Shown: positions 42,111-51,940, counted from the first letter of the stretch. The stretch is 64,000 nt of DNA from Bacteroidales bacterium (GCA_016783885.1 JADHVR010000001.1:54284-118283); one strand, 5' to 3'. Made by a program: numbers and translations. Notes: generated from the sequence alone by a model not told the origin.

Positions 42111-42557
42111 TTAATTTTTTCCGAATGGGGGAGCGCCTTTAACCCTTATTCCCATGCTTCTTGCTGTTCCTGCAACCATTTTCATTGCTGATTCAATAGT
42201 GAACGCATTTAGATCAACCATTTTGCTTTCGGCAATGGTTTTAACCTGATTCCAGGAAACAGAAGCAACTTTAGCCCTGTTAGGCTCAGCAGACCCCTTC
42301 TTGATTTTGGTAGCCTCAAGTAATTGTACAGCTACCGGTGGAGTTTTAATAATGAAATTAAAGGATTTGTCCCTGAAAACAGTAATAATAACCGGAAGAA
42401 CTTGTCCGGCTTTATCCTGTGTACGGGCATTAAATTGCTTGCAAAATTCCATAATATTTACACCTTTGGCACCTAATGCAGGCCCAACCGGTGGCGATGG
42501 ATTTGCAGCGCCTCCTCTAATTTGTAACTTGATTAAACCACTTACTTCTTTAGCCAT
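42111..42557 (-). CDS. rplK: 50S ribosomal protein L11
   Basis: 148 aa. [22 protein letters not shown]. Confidence 0.98.
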   Translation of the reverse strand: MAKEVSGLIKLQIRGGAANPSPPVGPALGAKGVNIMEFCKQFNARTQDKAGQVLPVIITVFRDKSFNFIIKTPPVAVQLLEATKIKKGSAEPNRAKVASVSWNQVKTIAESKMVDLNAFTIESAMKMVAGTARSMGIRVKGAPPFGKN

Positions 42558-42637
42558 TTTTAATTTAAACTTTAAATAATTGTATTGCTATGCGTAACAG
42601 CTCTATTCTATATAAACGTAACAGCTCAATATATAGA

Positions 42638-43180
42638 TTATTCTTTTTCAACTTGCATAAAACTTAATTCCAGTGGAGTTTTTCTTCCAAATATTTTTAC
42701 CATTACCTTTAATTTTTTCTTTTCTTCATTAATTTCTTCAATAACTCCACTGAAACTATTAAATGGTCCGTCAACAACGGATATAGTTTCACCAACTATA
42801 TATGGAACATTAATTTCTTCACCTTGTTCTGCTAATTCATCAACTTTTCCAAGTATTCTATTAACTTCAGATGTGCGTAAAGGATTGGGTTCACCCTTGG
42901 TTCCCAGAAAGCCTAAAACACCGGTAATATTTTTTATAAGATGCGGTATTTCACCAATTAAGGCAGCTTCAATGAGTATATAACCCGGGTAAAGATTCCG
43001 TTCTTTACTTATTTTTTTGCCATTTCTTATCTGGTAAACTTTTTCAATTGGTATAAGCACTTTCGAGATATAATCCTGAAGGTTCAACCGATTGATTTCA
43101 TTTTCAAGATATTGCTTTACCTTTTTTTCCTTCCCACTGATAGTTCTGACAACATACCATTTTTTTATTTGTTCACTCAT
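42638..43180 (-). CDS. nusG: Transcription termination/antitermination factor NusG
   Basis: 180 aa. KWYVVRTISGKEKKV and a C-terminal KOW domain. Confidence 0.96.
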   Translation of the reverse strand: MSEQIKKWYVVRTISGKEKKVKQYLENEINRLNLQDYISKVLIPIEKVYQIRNGKKISKERNLYPGYILIEAALIGEIPHLIKNITGVLGFLGTKGEPNPLRTSEVNRILGKVDELAEQGEEINVPYIVGETISVVDGPFNSFSGVIEEINEEKKKLKVMVKIFGRKTPLELSFMQVEKE

Positions 43181-43237
43181 CCTCTAATATGTAATAATAA
43201 TGTTTTTGTTTGTTTAAAAGAATAGATAATGAGCCAC

Positions 43238-43435
43238 CTAAAAATTTTCATAAAATAATTGTAAAAGATTCTGGAATGAAAAATCCATTAAATAAACAAT
43301 AAATGCGATGATGAGGGAAGCAACTGACACAACGATCGCACTGTTTTGTAATTCGTTCCATGTTGGCCAGGAAACCTTATGTACTAATTCATCATAGCTT
43401 TCCTTAACGTAACTTTGTATCTTAAATTTTGCCAT
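43238..43435 (-). CDS. secE: Preprotein translocase subunit SecE
   Basis: Starts at the internal ATG at 43435 (MAKFKIQSYVKESYDELVHKVSWPTWNELQ...) and has a single C-terminal TM. The tracked N-terminal extension is a translation of tRNA-Trp. Confidence 0.85.
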   Translation of the reverse strand: MAKFKIQSYVKESYDELVHKVSWPTWNELQNSAIVVSVASLIIAFIVYLMDFSFQNLLQLFYENF

Positions 43436-43452
43436 TGAATTTCTATATTTAG

Positions 43453-43525
43453 CACGGGTGGTAGGATTCGAACCCACGACTCCTGGTTTTGGAGACCAGA
43501 GCTCTACCAACTGAGCTACACCCGT
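43453..43525 (-). tRNA. tRNA-Trp(CCA): tRNA-Trp (anticodon CCA)
   Basis: Minus strand reads ACGGGTGTAGCTCAGTTGGTAGAGCTCTGGTCTCCAAAACCAG...GGTTCGAATCCTACCACCCGTG. Acceptor ACGGGTG/CACCCGT, anticodon loop CTCCAAA. Confidence 0.9.
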
Positions 43526-43619
43526 ATTTTGTATTTGAAAGAACGATTTGATATTTGCACATAAAGGTATCCCGATTTGTAACGGGATACCTTTAATAAT
43601 TTATAATTATGAAATTTTA

Positions 43620-44807
43620 TTATTCAATAATCTCAGTTACCTGACCGGCACCAACTGTTCTGCCTCCCTCACGGATAGCGAACCTCAGATTTTTGCTCAT
43701 TGCAACTTCTGCAATCAGCTTAACTTCTATGGTCAGGTTATCTCCAGGCATTATCATTTCAACACCTTCCGGTAATATGATTTCACCGGTTACGTCAGTT
43801 GTTCTGAAGTAGAATTGCGGACGGTAATTGTTATGGAAAGGTGTATGTCTTCCACCTTCTTCTTTTTTCAAAATATAAACCTCGGCTTTGAAGTGAGTAT
43901 GTGGTTTTATTGAGCCAGGTGTAGCTATAACCATACCTCTGCAAATTTCTTTTTTATCAATACCTCTTAGCAACAGTCCGGCATTATCACCGGCTTCACC
44001 TCTGTCGAGAATTTTACGGAACATCTCAACACCTGTACATACTGATTTAAGTTTTTCTGCTCCAAGACCGATGATATCGATGGGATCGCCAATTTTAATA
44101 ACTCCCTGTTCAATTCTACCTGTAGCCACAGTTCCCCTGCCCGTAATTGAGAATACGTCCTCAACAGGCATGAGGAAAGGTTTGTCAACGTCACGTTGTG
44201 GTAATGGAATCCATGTGTCGCAAGCATCCATTAATTCCCATACTTTTTCAATCCACTTAGGTTCTTTGTTTAAAGCGCCAAGAGCTGATCCCTGGATAAC
44301 AGGTGTGTTATCACCGTCGAACTCATAGAAATCGAGCAATTCTCTGATTTCCATTTCAACAAGCTCTAAAAGTTCCTCGTCATCCACCATATCAACTTTA
44401 CTCATAAAAACAACAATCTTAGGAACTCCAACCTGTCTTGCCAAGAGAATATGCTCGCGAGTTTGTGGCATAGGACCGTCGGTAGCTGCAACCACTAATA
44501 TCGCACCATCCATCTGAGCAGCACCTGTAACCATGTTTTTAACATAGTCGGCGTGGCCCGGACAGTCAACGTGAGCATAGTGCCTGTTTTCGGTTTGATA
44601 CTCAACGTGAGCAGTATTAATTGTTATACCTCTTTCTTTTTCTTCAGGTGCATTGTCGATTTCATCAAATGATTTGAAAGATGCTAAACCTTTATCCTGA
44701 AGATTAAGAGTAATAGCAGCGGTTAATGTGGTTTTCCCATGGTCAACGTGACCAATTGTGCCAATATTAACGTGCGGTTTCGAACGATCAAATTTTTCTT
44801 TTGCCAT
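43620..44807 (-). CDS. tuf: Elongation factor Tu
   Basis: 395 aa. [22 protein letters not shown]-type (SKVD). Confidence 0.99.
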   Translation of the reverse strand: MAKEKFDRSKPHVNIGTIGHVDHGKTTLTAAITLNLQDKGLASFKSFDEIDNAPEEKERGITINTAHVEYQTENRHYAHVDCPGHADYVKNMVTGAAQMDGAILVVAATDGPMPQTREHILLARQVGVPKIVVFMSKVDMVDDEELLELVEMEIRELLDFYEFDGDNTPVIQGSALGALNKEPKWIEKVWELMDACDTWIPLPQRDVDKPFLMPVEDVFSITGRGTVATGRIEQGVIKIGDPIDIIGLGAEKLKSVCTGVEMFRKILDRGEAGDNAGLLLRGIDKKEICRGMVIATPGSIKPHTHFKAEVYILKKEEGGRHTPFHNNYRPQFYFRTTDVTGEIILPEGVEMIMPGDNLTIEVKLIAEVAMSKNLRFAIREGGRTVGAGQVTEIIE

Positions 44808-44864
44808 GATAATTATTGTTTAAAAGTATATACAAAATTGTTTTAATGCCAGTTAATTACATTG

Positions 44865-44936
44865 AGCCATTGACGAGAATTGAACTCGTGACCCCTTCCT
44901 TACCAAGGAAGCGCTCTACCGCTGAGCTACAATGGC
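44865..44936 (-). tRNA. tRNA-Thr(GGT): tRNA-Thr (anticodon GGT)
   Basis: Minus strand reads GCCATTGTAGCTCAGCGGTAGAGCGCTTCCTTGGTAAGGAAG...GTTCAATTCTCGTCAATGGCT. Confidence 0.9.
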
Positions 44937-44942
44937 TTTTTG

Positions 44943-45015
44943 AGCGGGAGACCGGGCTCGAACCGGCCACCTACAGCTTGGAAGGCTGTCGCTCTACCAA
45001 ATGAGCTACTCCCGC
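44943..45015 (-). tRNA. tRNA-Gly(TCC): tRNA-Gly (anticodon TCC)
   Basis: Minus strand reads GCGGGAGTAGCTCATTTGGTAGAGCGACAGCCTTCCAAGCTGT...GGTTCGAGCCCGGTCTCCCGCT. Confidence 0.9.
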
Positions 45016-45086
45016 GATAAGCGGTTTTAAGTTTCCTGTTTAGAGTTAACTTCAAATTTCAAACTCGAAACATCAAACTTTTTTTG

Positions 45087-45168
45087 TGGGGAGAGGAGGA
45101 TTCGAACCTCCGAAGGCTTCGCCAACAGATTTACAGTCTGCCCCATTTGACCGCTCTGGAATCTCCCC
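45087..45168 (-). tRNA. tRNA-Tyr(GTA): tRNA-Tyr (anticodon GTA), long variable arm
   Basis: Minus strand reads GGGGAGATTCCAGAGCGGTCAAATGGGGCAGACTGTAAATCTGTTGGCGAAGCCTTCGGAGGTTCGAATCCTCCTCTCCCCA. Confidence 0.9.
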
Positions 45169-45197
45169 AGCTTTAATTTCAATACTTAAAAGAACAG

Positions 45198-45271
45198 AGC
45201 CAATGGAGGGATTCGAACCCCCGGCCGGCTGATTACAAATCAGCTGCTCTGACCAACTGAGCTACATTGGC
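45198..45271 (-). tRNA. tRNA-Thr(TGT): tRNA-Thr (anticodon TGT)
   Basis: Minus strand reads GCCAATGTAGCTCAGTTGGTCAGAGCAGCTGATTTGTAATCAGC...GGTTCGAATCCCTCCATTGGCT. Confidence 0.9.
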
Positions 45272-45289
45272 ATATACTATATTATATAT

Positions 45290-45316
45290 AAAAAAACAGT
45301 CCTCGAAAAAGGACTG
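45290..45316 (-). terminator. Rho-independent terminator after hpf
   Basis: Minus strand reads CAGTCC-tttttcga-GGACTG followed by T7. Confidence 0.6.
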
Positions 45317-45368
45317 CAAAAGTATAAAACATATTTTTTATTACAAAGAAAAATTATAAATAAAAATT

Positions 45369-45668
45369 TTATCTGTTTTTTATTTTACTTTTATGCTTTG
45401 AAAGTTGCTTCCTTAAAGCATCTACAGCAGTATCAGTTGCTTCTTCAAAAGTCTTGCATTGCTTTTTTGCATAAAGATCATTACCTCTTAATTTAAGTCG
45501 GATTTCTGCGATCTTGTTCTTAGGTGTATCACTATTATCAACCTTTAATACTACATCGCTTCCAATTACACGGTCGTAAAGGTGAGATAACTTACCTATT
45601 TTCTCATTAATAAAAGCTGTTAGTTTACTGTCAGCTTTAAAATGTACAGAATTGATGTTTACTTTCAT
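45369..45668 (-). CDS. hpf: Ribosome hibernation promoting factor (short HPF/RaiA)
   Basis: 99 aa. MKVNINSVHFKADSKLTAFINEKIGKL... Confidence 0.9.
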   Translation of the reverse strand: MKVNINSVHFKADSKLTAFINEKIGKLSHLYDRVIGSDVVLKVDNSDTPKNKIAEIRLKLRGNDLYAKKQCKTFEEATDTAVDALRKQLSKHKSKIKNR

Positions 45669-45685
45669 ATTATTTTCCTTTCGTT

Positions 45686-46573
45686 TTATGCCCTTGGATG
45701 GGCTTGTTTATATATTGTTTTAAGCTTTTCGATGGTATTATGTGTGTAAATTTGTGTTGCTGCTAAATTTGCATGACCCAAAATTTCTTTAATAGCATTG
45801 AGGTCGGCTCCATTATTAAGCATATGTGTTGCAAATGTGTGTCGTAACACGTGAGGACTCTTTTTTTGTAATGTAGAAACTTTACTAAGATATGAATTTA
45901 CGATACGATATACAAGTTTTTTATAGATTTTTTTCCCTTTTTCTGTTACGATAAAATAGTCAACAGGTTCTGTTATTTCTATTTCTTTGTTTCTTACTTC
46001 TTTATATTGAATAATTAAATCTCTCAGTTCATTGCAAAACGGTATTATTCTTTCTTTATTTCTTTTCCCGAGCACTTTTACTTTCAGGTTTTTAATATCC
46101 ACATCAGTATCTGTCAGGTTTGTCATCTCAGATAATCGTATACCGGTAAAGTAAAATATTTCAATAATTAATTTATCCCTTATACCCCTGAAATTATCTC
46201 CAAATTCAACCTGGTCAAATAATAAGTCCATTTTCTCCCGGTTAACGAATTCAGGTAATCTTTTTTTTGTTTTAGGCGGGAGAATTTTAGTTAACGGATT
46301 TTGTTTAATCAGGTTTTCTTTTAATAAAAATTTGTAAAAGGTTTTAAGTGTTGATAGTTTCCTGTTTATCGACCTGGATGATATGGAATCATTTGCTAAA
46401 TGAACAATCCATGAACGAATAATTGAATGGTTAATGTCATGGATGTTTTTAATATTATATTCACTTGCGATATAATCGAAAAACTGGTAAAGGTCTTTTT
46501 GGTAAGCTATAATTGTATTAGGTGAGTATCTTTTTTCAAATGTAATATATTGAATAAACCTTTCTGAATACAT
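45686..46573 (-). CDS. Tyrosine recombinase, XerC/XerD family
   Basis: 295 aa. HVLRHTFATHML and LGHANLAATQIYTH. Lies in the conserved rpsU-xer-hpf neighbourhood. Confidence 0.9.
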   Translation of the reverse strand: MYSERFIQYITFEKRYSPNTIIAYQKDLYQFFDYIASEYNIKNIHDINHSIIRSWIVHLANDSISSRSINRKLSTLKTFYKFLLKENLIKQNPLTKILPPKTKKRLPEFVNREKMDLLFDQVEFGDNFRGIRDKLIIEIFYFTGIRLSEMTNLTDTDVDIKNLKVKVLGKRNKERIIPFCNELRDLIIQYKEVRNKEIEITEPVDYFIVTEKGKKIYKKLVYRIVNSYLSKVSTLQKKSPHVLRHTFATHMLNNGADLNAIKEILGHANLAATQIYTHNTIEKLKTIYKQAHPRA

Positions 46574-46669
46574 AAAACAACAGGAAGAAATATTTGTTTC
46601 AAAGGTAATAAAATTTTTTTAATAAAACAATTTTTTTCCTTAAAAAAACTGTTATATTTGAATAAGCTA

Positions 46670-46864
46670 TTATCCTTCCTCTTGTTGTTTGATTTGCTGG
46701 ATATAAATAGCTTTTAATTTTTCTTCTCTTTTTAAAACGGAAGGCTTTGTGAACTTTTGTCTTTCACGTAATTCTTTTACAACACCGGTTTTTTCAAATT
46801 TTCTTTTGTATTTTTTTAAAGCTCTGTCGATGCTTTCGCCTTCTTTAACAGGTATTATGATCAT
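46670..46864 (-). CDS. rpsU: 30S ribosomal protein S21
   Basis: 64 aa. IDRALKKYKRKFEKTGVVKELRERQKFTKPS. Confidence 0.95.
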   Translation of the reverse strand: MIIIPVKEGESIDRALKKYKRKFEKTGVVKELRERQKFTKPSVLKREEKLKAIYIQQIKQQEEG

Positions 46865-46976
46865 ATTGTTCCTTTTGTTTAAATATTAATAATTCAAAAA
46901 TTGGGGTGCAAAATTATAAATCTTATTTTTATGGAACAAATTATTATTCAATTTTTTTAATTGGGGATATCAAAAT

Positions 46977-49178
46977 TTATTCTTTTTCTACATTCAAAAG
47001 ATTTTCTAAAATAAAATCAGTTAACCGGGTATAAAGGTGCATTGTTGTATTCCTTCCTGTATAAATTCCATGGTTGCTGTTCGGGTAAAACTGCATTTCG
47101 AACTGTTTATCAGCATCAACTAATGCAGTTACCAATTCAATAGAGTTTTGAACGTGAACATTGTCGTCGGCAGTGCCATGCATTATTAAAAAATTACCTT
47201 TCAGTTTTTCCACATGGTTGATAGGGGAATTATCATCGTATCCGTCAGGATTTTCCTGTGGTGTTCTCATAAATCTTTCCGTATAAATGTTGTCGTAATA
47301 TCTCCAGTTGGTAACAGGCGCTACTGCTATCCCTGTACTGAAATAGTCAGCACCTTTGGTCATACATAATGCAGACATATATCCTCCATAACTCCATCCC
47401 CAAATTCCTATTCTTTCAGGATCAACATAACCGAGACTTATTAAATATTTTGCTGCTTCAATCTGGTCAATAGTCTCATATTTTCCAAGTTGTAAGTAGG
47501 TCATCTTTTTAAATTCCTCACCCCGTGACCCTGTTCCTCTGTTATCAACCGAAGCGATTATAATACCTTTTGAAGCAAGCATCTGGTACCATAAGTTACC
47601 TCCTCCCCAACTATTTCTAACCGTTTGAGAACCCGGACCACCATAAACATACATCAGAACCGGATATTTTTTTGCCAGGTTAAAATCGGAAGGTTTTATC
47701 ATCCATCCGTTTAACTCCACTCCTTCGGAAGTAGTGAAAGTAAAAAATTCCTTTGGGCTGAATTTATACTCTTCGATGGTTTCTTTTAACTTTAGGTTGT
47801 CTTTCAAAACCCTAAGCTCATCTCCTTTTGCTGAATTTACTGTAATATTGGCGTACGTGTTTGCATTTGTGTAAGTATTGATAAAGTATTTGAATTGTTT
47901 ACTAAACCGAACCCTGTTATTTCCATCTTTTTCCGAAAGTTTCTTTTTTCCGGAACCATTGAGCTTAACTACGTATAGCTCCCTGTTTAACGGAGTAGTT
48001 TCTGCCGAAATAAAATATACAAGCCCTTTCTTTTCATCAACCCCGATAAATTCGGTTACATCCCATTCCCCTTTCGTCAATTGTTTAATTAGATTACCTT
48101 CCATATCATAAAGATAAATATGATTATACCCGTCTTGTTCGCTTGTTATTATAAAATGTTCATTATTTTCAAGGAAAGTGAGGTTATCGGTAATATCAAT
48201 ATAATACTTGTTTGTTTCATGATAAATAATCTTAGTTTTTCCGGTAGTTACGTCTGCCAACAATATCTTAAGTTCATTCTGGAGTCTGTTCATCCATTGT
48301 ATAGATAATTTTTTAGAGTTTTTTGTCCATTTAATCCTTGGTATATAAATATCGGTATCTTCGCCAATATCCATTTTAGTAGTTTGTTTGGTTGCTAAAT
48401 CATAGACCAGGATTTTGATGATAGAGTTATCTTCCCCGGCTTTCGGGTATTTATATTTATAATGTTCGGGATATAAATCTCCCCACATCGTCATCTGGTA
48501 TTCTTTCACATTACTTTCATCGAATCGGTAAAACGCTATTTTTGAACCATCGTGCGACCAGAAAAAGCCTTTAGTAAAGCTGAATTCTTCTTCGTAAACC
48601 CAGTCGGTAGTACCATATATAATATTATTGTATAAACCGTCGGTAGTAATTTGTTGTTCATTACCGTTTTTCAAATTTTTAATTAACATATTATTATCTC
48701 TTACAAAAGCTACTTTTGATCCATCCGGTGAAAAAGTTGCCAGTCTTTGTTTGCCACCTTGCGACAGTTGGGTTAATTTACCCGATTCAATATCATAGAT
48801 GTAGTATTTTGATTTTCTGGAATACCGATAAATACTTTCGGTTTCAGTGGCAAAAAGGATTTTCTTTTCATCATTACTTAATTGGTATCTCCTCATCCGT
48901 ATCGGTATTGTGTCACCTTCAGGTATTAATTGTGATGAAGTAACAATAGTACCGGTTTTTTCTCCCTTTTTGTAATTATAAACATTCAAACTGTCCTTTT
49001 CCAAAATACAATAGTGTTCTCCGTCGTTTAACGACCGGATACCGGAAATATATTCAGGATAGAACTTTCTTGAACGAAAAATATCATTCAGTGTAATTTG
49101 TTTTGTTTCGCTTTGAGCATATAACTCTGAAAACTGAAAAACTACGATAAGTAGTAAACTAAAAATTATTTTTTTCAT
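46977..49178 (-). CDS. Dipeptidyl peptidase IV (S9B prolyl oligopeptidase family)
   Basis: 733 aa. Signal peptide, beta-propeller N-terminal half, and catalytic GWSYGGY ... GTADDNVH. Confidence 0.9.
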   Translation of the reverse strand: MKKIIFSLLLIVVFQFSELYAQSETKQITLNDIFRSRKFYPEYISGIRSLNDGEHYCILEKDSLNVYNYKKGEKTGTIVTSSQLIPEGDTIPIRMRRYQLSNDEKKILFATETESIYRYSRKSKYYIYDIESGKLTQLSQGGKQRLATFSPDGSKVAFVRDNNMLIKNLKNGNEQQITTDGLYNNIIYGTTDWVYEEEFSFTKGFFWSHDGSKIAFYRFDESNVKEYQMTMWGDLYPEHYKYKYPKAGEDNSIIKILVYDLATKQTTKMDIGEDTDIYIPRIKWTKNSKKLSIQWMNRLQNELKILLADVTTGKTKIIYHETNKYYIDITDNLTFLENNEHFIITSEQDGYNHIYLYDMEGNLIKQLTKGEWDVTEFIGVDEKKGLVYFISAETTPLNRELYVVKLNGSGKKKLSEKDGNNRVRFSKQFKYFINTYTNANTYANITVNSAKGDELRVLKDNLKLKETIEEYKFSPKEFFTFTTSEGVELNGWMIKPSDFNLAKKYPVLMYVYGGPGSQTVRNSWGGGNLWYQMLASKGIIIASVDNRGTGSRGEEFKKMTYLQLGKYETIDQIEAAKYLISLGYVDPERIGIWGWSYGGYMSALCMTKGADYFSTGIAVAPVTNWRYYDNIYTERFMRTPQENPDGYDDNSPINHVEKLKGNFLIMHGTADDNVHVQNSIELVTALVDADKQFEMQFYPNSNHGIYTGRNTTMHLYTRLTDFILENLLNVEKE

Positions 49179-49371
49179 AATATACTAAAATTTGAAATGT
49201 CTGTTATTGTATAGAGCTGCCAAAATTATAAAAACATCTGAATAATTAAACCCGCAGAAATCGGATTTGTGAAAAATGCTGATTATCCCAATCCCGAAAT
49301 TTCGGGGCGGGAATGATTATCTGAATAAAATATGTTGTTCTTTCTTAGCAAATATTTTTTCAACGGGTTTA

Positions 49372-49402
49372 ATTGTAAAGTTAGAATGATTTTATAATTT
49401 TG
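49372..49402 (+). promoter_or_regulatory. Bacteroidota-type promoter for tRNA-Val (aTTG-N19-TAATTTTG)
   Basis: TAATTTTG at 49395-49402 matches the TAnnTTTG -7 box. ATTG at 49372-49375 lies 19 nt upstream. The tRNA starts at 49419. Confidence 0.35.
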
Positions 49403-49418
49403 CAATTATAAATCAAGA

Positions 49419-49493
49419 GGGATATTAGCTCAGTTGGTTCAGAGCATCGCCTTGACAGGGCGGGGGTCAGTGGTTCGAATCCACTATATCCCA
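49419..49493 (+). tRNA. tRNA-Val(GAC): tRNA-Val (anticodon GAC)
   Basis: GGGATATTAGCTCAGTTGGTTCAGAGCATCGCCTTGACAGGGCGGGGGTCAGTGGTTCGAATCCACTATATCCCA. Confidence 0.9.
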
Positions 49494-49502
49494 CAAAAGA
49501 AA

Positions 49503-49535
49503 AAAGCCACCTCAAAAAATGAAGATGGCTTTTAA
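49503..49535. terminator. Bidirectional terminator-like hairpin between tRNA-Val and the histidine kinase gene
   Basis: AAAGCCACCT-N10-AGATGGCTTT, a 10-bp stem with one mismatch. T-runs lie on both strands. Confidence 0.5.
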
Positions 49536-49554
49536 TCTTTAAGCCTGTATTTAT

Positions 49555-50349
49555 TCATACAGGCTTTTCAACTAATAGAGGTATTGTAAAATAGAATGAG
49601 GATCCTTTTCCTAAAGTAGATTTAACTATCAATTTTCCTCCTAATAACTGTATCAGTCTATCCGATATTGTTAAACCAATACCCAAGCCGCTATCTCGGC
49701 GTGTATCATCATCTTCTAATTGGGTGAATTTTTTAAATATCTTGTTTATATCCGTTCCATTTATTCCTATTCCGGTATCTTTAATAAAGAATTCTATATT
49801 ATTTTCATCATTAATCTCATATCCAAATTCAACTAAACCATTGATAGTAAATTTAATGGCATTTTCAATTAAATTAAATAAAGCATGTTTAAGTTTTAAA
49901 GGATCAGTAAATACTTTATTATCCTGATTATTTGATTTTTTAATTAAATTTATTTTTACATTTCTTTTTTTGTGGTTATTGATATTTATCTGAAAATAAT
50001 TATAAAGTTCATCCATGATATTTTGAATATCACAGAATGTCATGTTTAACTTAATATTACCTGTTTCAGCTTTTGCCGTTAGTATAATATTGTCAATTAA
50101 CCTAAGCAGTTCTTTGCTGTTTTTATTTATTTCATCAACGAAAAAATTCTTTTGATCTTGGCTATATCTTGAGTCTGATAACAAATTAGAAAAACCCATT
50201 ATTACATTCATGGGTGTCCTGATTTCATGCGAGATATTAGAAAGAAAAGAAGATTTGAGCCGGTTAACTTCTTCAATCTTAAAAGTTAATTCTTCTTTAA
50301 TTTCACTAACTTTATCCTCTAACTCACTGTATGAAAGCTTTTTGTGCAT
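49555..50349 (-). CDS. Orphan cytoplasmic histidine kinase (coiled coil, HisKA, HATPase_c; no sensor, TM or receiver)
   Basis: 264 aa. H-box LSNISHEIRTPMN, N-box NLIENAIKFT, G1 DTGIGI, G2 GLGIGLTIS. Confidence 0.85.
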   Translation of the reverse strand: MHKKLSYSELEDKVSEIKEELTFKIEEVNRLKSSFLSNISHEIRTPMNVIMGFSNLLSDSRYSQDQKNFFVDEINKNSKELLRLIDNIILTAKAETGNIKLNMTFCDIQNIMDELYNYFQININNHKKRNVKINLIKKSNNQDNKVFTDPLKLKHALFNLIENAIKFTINGLVEFGYEINDENNIEFFIKDTGIGINGTDINKIFKKFTQLEDDDTRRDSGLGIGLTISDRLIQLLGGKLIVKSTLGKGSSFYFTIPLLVEKPV

Positions 50350-50391
50350 TTTTTACTTTTATTCAGAAAGAAAATAAAACAACCTTTCTAT

Positions 50392-50427
50392 GGAGTTAAT
50401 TCTATTTTTTACAAAAAGGTTACCCTC
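50392..50427 (-). promoter_or_regulatory. Motif copy 1: GAGGGTAACC-N14-AGAATTAACTCC (upstream of the histidine kinase)
   Basis: Minus strand reads GAGGGTAACCTTTTTGTAAAAAATAGAATTAACTCC, ending 42 nt before the HK start codon. Confidence 0.6.
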
Positions 50428-50509
50428 AAAATCCAACTTTTTTTCAACAAAAAATTAAATGAGCTGATATACAAGGTGTTATAAGGGCGTTTTTTTTTTA
50501 AAAAAATCG

Positions 50510-50545
50510 GAGGGTAACCTTTTTGTCTTTTTTAGAATTAACTCC
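50510..50545 (+). promoter_or_regulatory. Motif copy 2 (upstream of the T9SS cargo gene)
   Basis: GAGGGTAACCTTTTTGTCTTTTTTAGAATTAACTCC, ending 102 nt before the ATG at 50648. Confidence 0.6.
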
Positions 50546-50647
50546 TAAGATTATTTTAGTTTTCAATAATAAATTAAGAAAAAATGTATTTAAATTTCCA
50601 ATTAAAAAAATTATTTTATTTTAGCAACTTTATTAAAATTTAGAATT

Positions 50648-51886
50648 ATGAAGAAGAGAAGCTTTTTTGCCATTTTCATGGCAACGTTAGTATGTATTGC
50701 CCCTTCTGAATTGTTTTCTCAAAATGAGATTTCGGGTATCGTAACTTACCACAATGAAGAAGCTACTCCACTTACAGGTGTTGATGTAAATCTTCTGGAT
50801 TTAAATGGTAATTTGTTAGAAACAGTATCTTCCGATGAAAATGGGAAGTATATGTTTACCGGTATAGAAGAAGGAGAATATTTGCTTAAAGCAAGTTATG
50901 ATCAGCCAGCGTTTAATGCAATTAGTTTGGATGATATCATATTGTTGTTACAATATTTGAATGGATATACCACTCTTGAACCTATTCAAAAGCTTGCGGC
51001 TGATGTAGATGGAAATGGAATGGTAAACTATGATGACTTTTTTATGATTATTGAATATTGGTACTTGTATGGGGCACCTTTTCCTGTCGGAGATTGGGTA
51101 TTTGAGGAAAAGTTAGTTATGGCAGGTGGCAAAGGAGATGATGGAATAGGAGGAGGCGCAACAGGAGATGTACAGGGAGGATTCGATCCTGGTAAAGGTG
51201 GAAACAACTATTTGAATTTCTACAAAACAAATAATTATTTAGAGGTGCTTCCCAATCATATCAATAAATTACCAATTTCTGTTGATAATAATACTGATAT
51301 TGGAAGTTTTTGTATTGAATTATATTATGATAATCAAATTGTAGATGTAAAAAGTATAGAATCGGAACTTAATAATTATCGGTATATAATAACTGATAAT
51401 AAAATTAGAATAATATGGGCTGATACTGATCTTGAGGGAATCTCAATTAACAGTACAAGTAATCTTTTTTCAATTGATTTTGACTTGAAAGACAAAAATG
51501 CTGACTTAAATAAAGAAATATTTTTTCTTGGCTCAGAAAGTAAAATAACTGACGTTAAAGGCAATACTTATTATAATGTTGGAATAACTTATCCTTCGTT
51601 AAAATATAATCAGATATTTAGCTGGGAAGTTAATAATTATCCAAATCCGTTTAGAGAATATACATATATTGATTATTCTCTTCCTGAAACAGGTAATGTT
51701 CAATTATATATCACAGATATTAACGGGAAGTTGATTAAGTCGTTAGTAAATGAAATAAAGCCTGAAGGAAACTATAAAACAAAGCTTGATGGGAGTGCCT
51801 TAAATCCCGGAATTTATTTTTATCAGTTAATTTTTACAGGAAGTGAAAGAAATACAGTAAAGAATAAATTAATGAAAATTGAATAA
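50648..51886 (+). CDS. T9SS-sorted secreted protein (CarboxypepD_reg-like, dockerin-like, cohesin-like, Por_Secre_tail)
   Basis: 412 aa. Signal peptide, ISGIVTY...DENGKYMFTGIEEGEYLL, the Ca-binding dockerin-like ADVDGNGMVNYDDF, and C-terminal NNYPNPFREYTYIDYSLPETGNVQLYITDINGKLI...GIYFYQL. Confidence 0.8.
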   Translation: MKKRSFFAIFMATLVCIAPSELFSQNEISGIVTYHNEEATPLTGVDVNLLDLNGNLLETVSSDENGKYMFTGIEEGEYLLKASYDQPAFNAISLDDIILLLQYLNGYTTLEPIQKLAADVDGNGMVNYDDFFMIIEYWYLYGAPFPVGDWVFEEKLVMAGGKGDDGIGGGATGDVQGGFDPGKGGNNYLNFYKTNNYLEVLPNHINKLPISVDNNTDIGSFCIELYYDNQIVDVKSIESELNNYRYIITDNKIRIIWADTDLEGISINSTSNLFSIDFDLKDKNADLNKEIFFLGSESKITDVKGNTYYNVGITYPSLKYNQIFSWEVNNYPNPFREYTYIDYSLPETGNVQLYITDINGKLIKSLVNEIKPEGNYKTKLDGSALNPGIYFYQLIFTGSERNTVKNKLMKIE

Positions 51887-51911
51887 TTTATCCTACAAAA
51901 AATGAATAAAG

Positions 51912-51940
51912 GAGAGCTATTAAAAGCTCTCTTTTTTTTT
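51912..51940 (+). terminator. Strong rho-independent terminator after the T9SS cargo gene
   Basis: GAGAGCT-attaaa-AGCTCTC followed by T9. Confidence 0.75.

Noticed and set aside
43436-43510. N-terminal 25-aa extension of the secE ORF (MVELWSPKPGVVGSNPTTRAKYRNS)
   Set aside because: This stretch is a translation of the tRNA-Trp gene (43453-43525) on the same strand. The real secE starts at the ATG at 43435.
45686-46573. Tyrosine recombinase as a marker of an integrated mobile element next to the tRNA cluster
   Set aside because: The protein has XerC/XerD-like motifs and sits in the conserved Bacteroidota rpsU-xer-hpf-tRNA-tuf arrangement. No flanking att-like repeats or cargo genes are present.
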